Source: Candidatus Saccharimonadota bacterium (lineage in GTDB: Bacteria > Patescibacteriota > Gracilibacteria > UBA1369 > 2-02-FULL-48-14). From it: DNA of 32,000 nucleotides. Of this stretch, positions 14,717-22,512 are shown piece by piece. The stretch lies in the NCBI GenBank assembly GCA_965230905.1, contig OZ246396.1, forward strand, positions 420,001 through 452,000, written 5' to 3'. The stretch's first letter is position 1; each line of letters starts with the position of its first letter. The notes under the pieces were generated by a model. That model worked only from the letters and a program-made list of their open reading frames with translations. It was not told the origin of the DNA and ran no database searches. A program made the position numbers and the translations under genes.

Positions 14717-14746
14717 AGGCCCCCTTTATCTGGGGGTCTTTTTTTG
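14717..14746. terminator. Bidirectional rho-independent terminator
   Basis: aggccccc (14717-14724) pairs with gggggtct (14732-14739), including one G-U pair. The loop is 7 nt and a T-run follows; an A-rich left flank is present. It lies between convergent genes. Confidence 0.75.
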
Positions 14747-14751
14747 TGTTC

Positions 14752-15258
14752 TTACGTTGGCAACGGCACTTGTACACGGACCATGGCCTTTTTTTCCGGC
14801 TCCACGTTCAGAATAATGGCGTTGTCGGTGATTTCTTCAATGTCTTTGTACGAAAAGAGGCGGTCGGCCCACGTAATCCACAGGAATTTTTTGGAGACTT
14901 CAAAGGTGAGCAGGGAAGAGGTGGCGGTATCAAAACAAAAGTCGCGCACTCGGCCCAGGGTTTTGCCATTTTTGCTGCGCACGCGTTTGCCGTTTAAAAA
15001 GGTGCGGCGCAGGCCGTAATCGCGGATGCGCAAAATATCCATGGGGGAGCTTAGGGAGTCTGCGTCGCGCACTTTTACATAGTCGGAGTGCCATTTTTCA
15101 ATTTCCGCCGACACCAGCACCTTGGTGTAGCCCACCAAAAAGCCAATGAGCTGCCCCGTTTCCGGGTGAAGGAAGGTGCCGTTCAAAACACCGAGCGGAC
15201 GCTCTTCTTCTGAAACCACTACGGCTAGGCCGACGAGATCAGTCCACTGCTTCTTCAT
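14752..15258 (-). CDS. PRC-barrel domain protein (two PRC-like halves)
   Basis: DLVGLAVVVSEEERPLGVLNGTFLHPETGQLIGFLV and LNGKRVRSKNGKTLGRVRDFCFDTATSSLLTFEV match the PRC-barrel pattern. Confidence 0.7.
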   Translation of the reverse strand: MKKQWTDLVGLAVVVSEEERPLGVLNGTFLHPETGQLIGFLVGYTKVLVSAEIEKWHSDYVKVRDADSLSSPMDILRIRDYGLRRTFLNGKRVRSKNGKTLGRVRDFCFDTATSSLLTFEVSKKFLWITWADRLFSYKDIEEITDNAIILNVEPEKKAMVRVQVPLPT

Positions 15259-15260
15259 AC

Positions 15261-15289
15261 TTGTTTAGAAGGCGATTTTATGATACAAT
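15261..15289 (+). promoter_or_regulatory. Sigma70-like promoter with extended -10 (TTGTTT-17 nt-TGaTACAAT) for the 104-aa/781-aa operon
   Basis: ttgttt lies at 15261-15266, tg at 15281-15282 and tacaat at 15284-15289. The geometry matches the promoter at 2591-2619. Confidence 0.5.
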
Positions 15290-15320
15290 ATTAAGATTTA
15301 ATTCTTGATTAGCCAAGCTA

Positions 15321-15635
15321 ATGCCAACGACTCAAGACCTAATGGCGGATAACTTTGTTGCTTGGGCGCAAACCCTTCCTGGGGTGAGCACTAGCCAACT
15401 GGAACGAATCAAACACCTGGTGCCTAAGCTGACTTCTGAAGAGTTACGCCAACTTAAAGCGACTTTGGAACGAAATGAGGAAGACCAAGCGAAAGCTAAG
15501 GAAGTTTTGGCTCAAGTAGCGGTAAGACAAACTGACTATATCAGTGATGAACGTCGCGAAACACGTGAAAACAAAGAGGCCATTGAACAGGCACAAGACG
15601 CCGCCAATGCCGACCAACTTTTTACAAAAATTTAA
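15321..15635 (+). CDS. Hypothetical helical/coiled-coil protein
   Basis: This is a 104-aa ORF with a charged heptad-like sequence (EELRQLKATLERNEEDQAKAKEVLAQ). It ends 9 nt upstream of the 781-aa ORF. Confidence 0.6.
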   Translation: MPTTQDLMADNFVAWAQTLPGVSTSQLERIKHLVPKLTSEELRQLKATLERNEEDQAKAKEVLAQVAVRQTDYISDERRETRENKEAIEQAQDAANADQLFTKI

Positions 15636-15644
15636 TTTAAAAAT

Positions 15645-17990
15645 ATGGCAGAGACTGTAGACGCTCACCGAGAGAAACTGGTTGCTAGCCAACTTGAAAC
15701 CCTCACCGAAGGACAGGGTTTGAAGGTTTCAGCCGAGTTCCTTACGGCGCTTAAAGCCTCCACCAACCCAAAAGACCAAGCCTTATATACAAACTTAATG
15801 GCTTACTATGAGCTAGAAAGTGGTGAAAACGGTTTAGAGGTGAGCTTAAAAGACGCTACTGGTCTCGACAGCAAAATTGACGATTACGAAGCGGCTTATT
15901 TAAAAAGAGCGGTAAGCAAAGTCCTTGGACCTTCTTCATTCCCTCAAGTCAAGATTGGGCCCGACGGTGCACGTATCCAAATCTCTGCAGGTGTAAAAGG
16001 TCTCACGATAACAGGTAGCGGAGACCATTGGACGATCGATGGTAACACTGAGCTCAGTTTTGACAGCCTGGATGCTTGTTTGCGTGCAAGTGAGCTAATC
16101 GCCGCAGGGCTCAATGCTCTTGGGAAAGGTGAGCCTGGCACCCCTGGGGATCTTGAGAGTCCATTTTACCTAAGTGGGCTCGCATTAACCTTTGATAGAG
16201 ATTGGGCGGCAGATCTTCACCCATGGATAGATGATAACCCTCTAAATGAGCGTATACCCACTGAAACGAAAGATGCGTGTGTGAACTATCTTAATAAAAT
16301 CTTCCGTGATCGCCTCGTTACGAATAGCAATGCGCCAGCAGTAGCGGCAAAAGCAGCTGAGGAGAAAAAAGCCGTTGCAGATGCAGATAAAATTGCGGTT
16401 TCTCCCGAAGCACTTAAAGCCGACGGACAAGAATTCATAAGCACACATGGGCTGATGCCTATTGACGACTTGATGGCAAAAGCCCGGGCTCTCAGTGGCA
16501 AGGCCGTGGGAGAGGGGCTTAACTTAGTTTCCGAGGCATCTAAAACGAATGGCTTTAGCGTCAGCGCCTTGGTGCTTGAGAATGGTCAAATACAAATTAT
16601 CCTTTCGGGAAATCCTAACGCGACAGGAAAAGAAAAACGCCAATGGACTTCTTACCGGGGAAATCTCGCACTGTCTATGCGAGGAGAAAAGGGTTATTCC
16701 TATCGAGAGCTGAAGTCGACCATTCGTCAAGAATTAGGGGGCGCCAGCGTAATAGTATTTGGTGAAAAAACTACCGAAGGCACCCAACGAGAATTTATTA
16801 CAAAAAATAGTCTCCCAAGCAATGCTTCACTGCAACGAAAGGTTGATGAATTTTTAGCGTCAGCCAAAGAGGGCGACTACTATACTTTCCAAACCGTTCA
16901 TGGCTACCTTGTGAGTGTTATTAAAAAAGAGGGGCGTGTCTTGGCACATCTTTCTGGATCAGAAGCTCCTGAGGCTGCTAGTAGCAAGGCTGATTGGGAT
17001 CAATACCGAACAAATACAAAAGCCCTTTTCTCTCCCTATCCAGGATATACAGTCGAAGATGCTGGTGAGGCCGCCCTGCCCAATGGTGTTACATATATTT
17101 ATGTAACAGGAAAACCTCGTGAAGCAGTGGCACGACAAAGTAGTGCGCCTTCAAGCACGCCAGCCCTTGCTCCTGAAGCAGCTGCCGAAGACCCTAAAAA
17201 TTACCTTAAATGGAATGCGGATGGAAAATCCTTCACATTCACCGCAGCTCCCGGTTCTGAAGCGGACAAAAAGATTCGTATTGAACAACTTTTGACTACT
17301 AACGCGGAACGAAAGTTGGTTTTGACCTCTGATAAGATAAGCGGTGAATTCACCTTTCAAAACGGTGATCAAGGATATTCCTGGTACAACGACGCCGGAC
17401 AACGTCTGGTGATTCGTGCCGGAGATCTTATCACTAAGAAAGTGGCGGAGGCACCTCTCGTAGCTGCTGCTCCAAGTGCACCTGCAAAAGTAGTGGTGGC
17501 TGGAGAGGCACCGGTTGAAGTGGCTCCGATTGTTGCTGCTGAGGCCCCATTTACGGAATCAGAGGCTCGGGATCTTGTAGGTCTAATTGAGGTAGGGGAA
17601 CGAGCAGTGAAAGACCTTCAAAAAGAAAAGGTGCGGGTGGCTGGACGCTGGCTTGTTCTTTCCAAGGACAGACAGCAGGCTCAACTCGACGAACTCGACA
17701 AAAAAATTATCGAAGAATCCGGGATGGTGGTAAAAAATATTGCCTTGCTACAAGCCAAGGCTCAACCTGAGTTTTATGCAAACCTGGCGGACCACTATAG
17801 ACCCATAGAGGCTGAGCAGCGAAGATTGGCAAAACTGCCACCAGCATCTGATGCACCTGCTCTTGCTACGGCAGAACCTACTCCTGTTGTGCCAACCGAA
17901 GTGCCTACTCCGGCGCCAGACAGCGAAGAGGGAGTGGCGGACAATCAGACTAGTGATCAAGCTGCTGATACGGAAAATGCGGACAGGTAA
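15645..17990 (+). CDS. Large acidic protein of unknown function
   Basis: This is a 781-aa ORF with Ala/Pro linkers (APLVAAAPSAPAKVVVAGEAPVEVAPIVAAEAP) and an acidic low-complexity tail. I recognise no signal peptide, TM segment or catalytic motif. Confidence 0.7.
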   Translation: MAETVDAHREKLVASQLETLTEGQGLKVSAEFLTALKASTNPKDQALYTNLMAYYELESGENGLEVSLKDATGLDSKIDDYEAAYLKRAVSKVLGPSSFPQVKIGPDGARIQISAGVKGLTITGSGDHWTIDGNTELSFDSLDACLRASELIAAGLNALGKGEPGTPGDLESPFYLSGLALTFDRDWAADLHPWIDDNPLNERIPTETKDACVNYLNKIFRDRLVTNSNAPAVAAKAAEEKKAVADADKIAVSPEALKADGQEFISTHGLMPIDDLMAKARALSGKAVGEGLNLVSEASKTNGFSVSALVLENGQIQIILSGNPNATGKEKRQWTSYRGNLALSMRGEKGYSYRELKSTIRQELGGASVIVFGEKTTEGTQREFITKNSLPSNASLQRKVDEFLASAKEGDYYTFQTVHGYLVSVIKKEGRVLAHLSGSEAPEAASSKADWDQYRTNTKALFSPYPGYTVEDAGEAALPNGVTYIYVTGKPREAVARQSSAPSSTPALAPEAAAEDPKNYLKWNADGKSFTFTAAPGSEADKKIRIEQLLTTNAERKLVLTSDKISGEFTFQNGDQGYSWYNDAGQRLVIRAGDLITKKVAEAPLVAAAPSAPAKVVVAGEAPVEVAPIVAAEAPFTESEARDLVGLIEVGERAVKDLQKEKVRVAGRWLVLSKDRQQAQLDELDKKIIEESGMVVKNIALLQAKAQPEFYANLADHYRPIEAEQRRLAKLPPASDAPALATAEPTPVVPTEVPTPAPDSEEGVADNQTSDQAADTENADR

Positions 17991-18057
17991 TTGACCCACG
18001 CTTAAGTTTTCCCTATACTCCGCAAGCGCTACGCATATTGTGGAAGCGCACTATTGT

Positions 18058-18134
18058 CGGGGTATAGCAAAGTTGGCTATTGCGCTCGGTTTGGGACCGA
18101 GAGGCCGCAGGTTCGAGTCCTGCTACCCCGACCA
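18058..18134 (+). tRNA. tRNA-Pro (anticodon TGG), encoded CCA
   Basis: The acceptor is cggggta/taccccg, the anticodon stem-loop is ctcgg-ttTGGga-ccgag and the T-arm is gcaggttcgagtcctgc. Confidence 0.95.
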
Positions 18135-18409
18135 TTTGATTGGCGCGAAACGAAAAACGAATGGCACGAACCGAAGGTGAGCACCATCTAGGACTTCCTC
18201 TTGTTCACAAACCTTCCTGTGGCGGCATTTCGTACTACGGTGCGCTGGTCTTTGTTGGCTGCTTTTGCAGCACTTCTAACGAGTGTCATCTCTAATTTTG
18301 GACTTATGCTGGAAATGGTTGTAGTTGTCATAGCTTTATTTTACCATCGCATTCTTTCGAGGCTACTGAAAATACCTTTTACCAAGCTCTTCGTCGCGTA
18401 ACTTCAGCC

Positions 18410-18426
18410 CGTGACAAAATGTCACG
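18410..18426. other. Perfect 7-bp hairpin/palindrome cgtgaca-aaa-tgtcacg
   Basis: The arms at 18410-18416 and 18420-18426 are exact reverse complements. Confidence 0.7.
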
Positions 18427-18451
18427 ACCTCAGCGTTAGTGCAATTTAGAG

Positions 18452-18476
18452 GGGTGGGGGCAATTTGCCCCCACCC
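18452..18476. other. Perfect 11-bp G/C-rich hairpin gggtgggggca-att-tgcccccaccc (no T-run)
   Basis: The arms at 18452-18462 and 18466-18476 are exact reverse complements. Confidence 0.7.
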
Positions 18477-18531
18477 ATTGTCTCGGCATAAAGGGTATGT
18501 ACAAGGTGTACCTATCCTCTACTAAGCCTGG

Positions 18532-18560
18532 TTGACATAGTGATTTTTTGTATTTAAAAT
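18532..18560 (+). promoter_or_regulatory. Sigma70-like promoter TTGACA-17 nt-TAAAAT
   Basis: ttgaca lies at 18532-18537 and taaaat at 18555-18560. The promoter sits within the first codons of the tracked ORF, which favours the ATG at 18578 as the start. Confidence 0.55.
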
Positions 18561-18577
18561 ATGCCTCTTTCTTCTAT

Positions 18578-19381
18578 ATGCGGCTGGCTGGTAAAGAATT
18601 TACGGTTGAAAACTTAGCTCCGTTTGGGGAACGCTGGGTGCCTACGGAGGGCGGACTTTTTGTGGACAAATGGCTCAAGCAAAATCTCCCCGAGATTGTT
18701 CAGGCCGTGCGAAAGGCAAAATTGGCGGTTCTACAAAACACGCAGATTGGTGCAAACTGGGAAAAAAGACCCGTGAATCCTCGCGATGAGATTCCTCACA
18801 TTGATAACGATCCATCCGTTGCGAATACGATAGGAGTGGTACAGATTTTGCATGCAGAAGGTCCTCGGGGTCCTACCGGCTACTCTAAACATCCTTATCT
18901 GGAATTGGCTGCTCAAAGCCATGCCGACTTACTCAAACAAGCCTGGGAGCAAGCTAGTCCTACCGTTCAAAAACTCTACCAACTGGAAGACTTGTGGCGC
19001 ATGTATGCAGAACGACGCGTCCCTTATGTTTATAAAGACACAGAGGCACATTTTCGCTTGATGAGGGATATGCAAGTTTACCCTGAACTACGAAGCACTT
19101 TTGAACTTCTGGATGCTTTTTACCGACGGGTGGCTAGGGACTGCCAAAAGGTGGTCCATGATTGGACTCAAGAACCTGGCAGCACCGTGATGGCTTACCA
19201 AGGTTTTGATGAGCAGTTTAAACCAGACAGACCGGTGGTGAATCACTTTGCCGTGGATTCGACGGGAAATCCAGATGGAGCACCTTTACACAGGAATTTT
19301 ATCCTCAACACCAAGCGATTTGATGAGCCTGAATATAGACTATTTAGAGACGATGAGGACTTAGATGGAATGGGCTTCTAG
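18578..19381 (+). CDS. Hypothetical protein (weak HxD...H pattern reminiscent of 2OG-Fe(II) oxygenases)
   Basis: The ORF is in frame from 18548; I prefer ATG 18578 (MRLAGKEF). IPHIDND ... VNHFAV ... LHRNF is the only motif-like feature and it is weak. Confidence 0.55.
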   Translation: MRLAGKEFTVENLAPFGERWVPTEGGLFVDKWLKQNLPEIVQAVRKAKLAVLQNTQIGANWEKRPVNPRDEIPHIDNDPSVANTIGVVQILHAEGPRGPTGYSKHPYLELAAQSHADLLKQAWEQASPTVQKLYQLEDLWRMYAERRVPYVYKDTEAHFRLMRDMQVYPELRSTFELLDAFYRRVARDCQKVVHDWTQEPGSTVMAYQGFDEQFKPDRPVVNHFAVDSTGNPDGAPLHRNFILNTKRFDEPEYRLFRDDEDLDGMGF

Positions 19382-19965
19382 CACGCTCCCCAGAGTCCGA
19401 GCTTGGCTTCTTGGGCCTGGCTTTCGAGGGCTTTGAAATAGTCCGGGGTGGTGGTTGGATATTGATCTGGGTAGCTGGCGTAACCTTCACGGAGCAAGGC
19501 GTCGTTGAGGCGGCTGAAGCTGCCATCAGATTGGAGCGCGTCTACGTAGCGGAGTTTGCGGCCATAAGGGTCGAGGTCCTCGTTGGCGGGGTCGGCGGTG
19601 AGGCGGACGGCGCGGTTTTTAAGGAAATCCATGGTGAAGAGGGCGGCTTCAGGGCCGTAGCACTCGGCGGTGGAATCGGGTCCGTTGATTTCGTTGGTGT
19701 CCACGGCGAGGAGGCGAACCTGGAAAAGGCTGCGATCGGGCGCGGAGAGGAGGAGGGTGTCTCCGTCTAACACGGCTACCACCCAGTAGAGGTCTTCCTC
19801 GGTGAGGTTTAAGAGGTCGGTTTTAGCGGTGTACACGGGTGCCTCCACTTCCTCCACAATCTCCAAAGCGTATTTTTCAGGCCAATCCTGCGCTTCCAAA
19901 GTTTCCGCAGAAACTACAGGAGTGGCGAAGGCCGAGAAAATGAATTGGAGAAGGGTGTCGAACAA
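19378..19965 (-). CDS. Secreted thermonuclease (staphylococcal nuclease / SNase-like)
   Basis: The signal peptide is MFDTLLQFIFSAFATPVVSAE. The SNase core reads VLDGDTLLL...VRLLAVDTNE...ECYGPEA...DPYGRKLRYV...LLREGYA. Confidence 0.85.
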   Translation of the reverse strand: MFDTLLQFIFSAFATPVVSAETLEAQDWPEKYALEIVEEVEAPVYTAKTDLLNLTEEDLYWVVAVLDGDTLLLSAPDRSLFQVRLLAVDTNEINGPDSTAECYGPEAALFTMDFLKNRAVRLTADPANEDLDPYGRKLRYVDALQSDGSFSRLNDALLREGYASYPDQYPTTTPDYFKALESQAQEAKLGLWGAC

Positions 19966-20052
19966 TGGAAATTTAGGATGGGTATTGTTTTAACATAATT
20001 TAAAAGACCTGTCAATAGTGCCTAGCTGAGGCTCCGTGGTAAACTGCCGTTA

Positions 20053-22512
20053 ATGAAGCAAACGCCACGCAGTTTCATCTTTAAATCCTATTCTTTTGAC
20101 GCCAAAAAGAAGCGGGTACGGTTTTCGTATGCGTTTAAGGGCGGGCCGAGTTTTACAGAGGAGATTCTGCTGCCGCGCGCGGTGAAAGCCGTGCCTAAAG
20201 ATTTGCTGCGGCTGGTTTTGGAAAGCGTGCATCTGATGCTGGGAATCAGTTACTACAAACTCTACTGCCCGGAGAAAGTGGAAATTCCGTACGCACTAAC
20301 AGCGGAACAGGCGGCTTTTTGGAACACGGTTTACAGTAAAGGCTTGGGGGAATTTGCTTATCGGAATAAATTAGATCCGCGGAAGTTTGCGAAGTTTCCA
20401 GTGAAAAAGGGGGCGCGGGCAGAATCGGTGGATTTTGAACGAAAAGACCGCAGTTTGCTCGGCATTGGCGGTGGGAAGGATTCGATTGTGGCGGGGGAAC
20501 TTTTGAAGGCGAGTGGATTTGAATTCGATGCGTTTTTGGTGGAGACAGAGCGAAAGTCGCCGGTGGTTGCTGACGTGGTGAAGACGATGAAGGTAGGCGC
20601 GCTGACGCTGGAGCGAAAACTGGATCCGAAGATTTTTAAGGAGCTGCCGGGGACGACCAACGGACATGTTCCCATCTCTGGTGTGTTTGCGTTTTTGGGA
20701 CTGTTGAGCGCCGTTTTATACGACTACCGCTACGTGATTGTGGGTAACGAGCAGAGCAGCAATTTTGGGAATGTGCAGTACAAGGGCATGGAGGTGAATC
20801 ATCAGTGGAGCAAATCCGCCGAATTTGAAACGCTTTTGCAAAATTATACGCGGGAATTTTTGACGCCGGACGTGACGTATTTTTCGCTGCTTCGGCCGTT
20901 TTATGAAATTCGCATCGCAGAAATGTTCACGCATTATCCACAGTATTTTGGCGTGTTCACCAGCTGTAATCGCAGCTTTAAGGTTCACAAAGAGCGTGGC
21001 GCGAAATTGTGGTGCTGCGAATGCGCGAAGTGTGTGTTTGTGTTTACTCTTTTGTCGGCGTTTATGGAGAAGGCGGAGGTGATAAAGATTTTTGGAAAGG
21101 ATTTGTACGCGGAGCCGAGTTTGGAGCCGATGTTTTTGGATTTGTTGGGCCAGGGAAAAATGAAGCCGTTCGATTGCGTGGGGACTTTTGAGGAAATGCA
21201 GGAGGCGTATGCGCTGAGCCGCCGGAAATCCAAGTTTGTACCACGAGGGCACTTTGTGCACGTGCACAAAACGGTGGCCGCGCCCACGGTGCCGGTACCA
21301 TTTCGACTGCTGGGCATGGATGATGTGCTGATTTTGGGTTACGGAAAAGAGGGTAAGGCGACGGAGGAATTTTTGAAGGCGCGCTGGCCGGAGCTGAAAG
21401 TGGAGATTGGCGACCAAGCCACGGATGCGAATTATTTGAGCAAGCAGGAGGATTTTGATTTTGTGATTAAGACGCCGGGGATTTCAAAGACCAAGGTCAC
21501 GCGTCCCTACACCACGGCTACTAATTTGTTCTTTGCGGCGCGGAAGAACAGGAACGCTGCGCTCCGCGCAGTGGTGGTTGGTGTGACCGGCAGCAAGGGC
21601 AAGAGCACCACCGCTTCGCTGATTGCGCATTTAAGCGGCGGACGGCTGATGGGAAACATTGGCAAGCCGATGCTGACGAGTTTGCTGGAGCCAGTGAAGG
21701 CCAGCGAAATTTTTGTTTTGGAACTTTCCAGTTACCAGTTGGACGACTTGGAATATTCACCAGACATTGCGGTGGTGACGAACCTCTTTCCGGAGCACAT
21801 GACCTACCACGGCGGACTGGAGAATTATTATGAAGCCAAGCGCAATATTGTGAAGCACCAGCGCGAGGAAGATGTATTTGTTTACAACCCGGCGAATGCG
21901 CAGCTGAAAGCGTGGGCAAAGGCCGCGCGCAGCCACACCGTTTCGTTCACCAAAGACTTGCCGCTGAAAGCGAGCGAGATTCCGCTGCTGGGAGACCACA
22001 ACCGCGACAATGTGCGCGCGGCCGTGACCGTGGCACGGATGCTCGGCGTTTCGGACGCGCTGATTAAGAAACGCATACTCAGTTTTAAGAGCTTGCCGCA
22101 CCGCCTGGAATTCGTTGGCACTTTTAAAAAAATCCACTTTTACGACGATGCCATTTCCACCACGCCCGAGTCCACTATGGAGGCGCTGAAGGCCCTGAAA
22201 AAAGTGGACACTATTTTCCTCGGGGGCGAGGACCGGGGTTACGAATTCGGCGAGCTGGAGAAAATGCTGCGCAAAATGAAAGTGCGAAACATCGTGCTGT
22301 TCCCCGATACCGGCGCGCGCATGCTAAAATCCCGTACGGGCTTCAAGATTTATGAGACGCGCCGCATGGAGGACGCGCTGCATTTTGCTTACAAAAACAC
22401 CGCGCCGGGGAAAATCTGTCTGCTTTCCTGCGCATCGCCAAGCTACAGTTTGTGGAGCAATTTTGAAGAAAAAGGCGAGCAGTTTCAGAAGTGGGTGAAG
22501 GAGCTGGGTTAA
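20053..22512 (+). CDS. murD: Fusion protein: N-terminal PP-loop/Cys-cluster domain (MurL-like candidate) plus C-terminal UDP-N-acetylmuramoyl-L-alanine--glutamate ligase (MurD-type)
   Basis: A single 819-codon ORF. Residues ~1-425 contain LLGIGGGKDSIVAG (SGGxDS-like PP-loop) and CNRS...WCCECAKC. Residues ~425-819 are MurD-like (ILGYGKEGKAT, GVTGSKGKSTT, LELSSYQLDD, NLFPEHMTYHG, LLGDHNRDN, LPHRLE). Confidence 0.8.
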   Translation: MKQTPRSFIFKSYSFDAKKKRVRFSYAFKGGPSFTEEILLPRAVKAVPKDLLRLVLESVHLMLGISYYKLYCPEKVEIPYALTAEQAAFWNTVYSKGLGEFAYRNKLDPRKFAKFPVKKGARAESVDFERKDRSLLGIGGGKDSIVAGELLKASGFEFDAFLVETERKSPVVADVVKTMKVGALTLERKLDPKIFKELPGTTNGHVPISGVFAFLGLLSAVLYDYRYVIVGNEQSSNFGNVQYKGMEVNHQWSKSAEFETLLQNYTREFLTPDVTYFSLLRPFYEIRIAEMFTHYPQYFGVFTSCNRSFKVHKERGAKLWCCECAKCVFVFTLLSAFMEKAEVIKIFGKDLYAEPSLEPMFLDLLGQGKMKPFDCVGTFEEMQEAYALSRRKSKFVPRGHFVHVHKTVAAPTVPVPFRLLGMDDVLILGYGKEGKATEEFLKARWPELKVEIGDQATDANYLSKQEDFDFVIKTPGISKTKVTRPYTTATNLFFAARKNRNAALRAVVVGVTGSKGKSTTASLIAHLSGGRLMGNIGKPMLTSLLEPVKASEIFVLELSSYQLDDLEYSPDIAVVTNLFPEHMTYHGGLENYYEAKRNIVKHQREEDVFVYNPANAQLKAWAKAARSHTVSFTKDLPLKASEIPLLGDHNRDNVRAAVTVARMLGVSDALIKKRILSFKSLPHRLEFVGTFKKIHFYDDAISTTPESTMEALKALKKVDTIFLGGEDRGYEFGELEKMLRKMKVRNIVLFPDTGARMLKSRTGFKIYETRRMEDALHFAYKNTAPGKICLLSCASPSYSLWSNFEEKGEQFQKWVKELG

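Noticed and set aside
18201-18401. 66-aa TTG-initiated hydrophobic ORF after tRNA-Pro
   Set aside because: It has no ATG, no recognisable promoter or RBS and no motif. It cannot be excluded as a small membrane peptide, but the support is too weak to annotate.
20358-22137. Antisense and alternative-frame ORFs within the murD fusion gene (for example 20716-21417 -, 233 aa)
   Set aside because: These are shadow ORFs of a strongly motif-supported 819-aa frame. Their products are low-complexity R/H/K-rich sequence.
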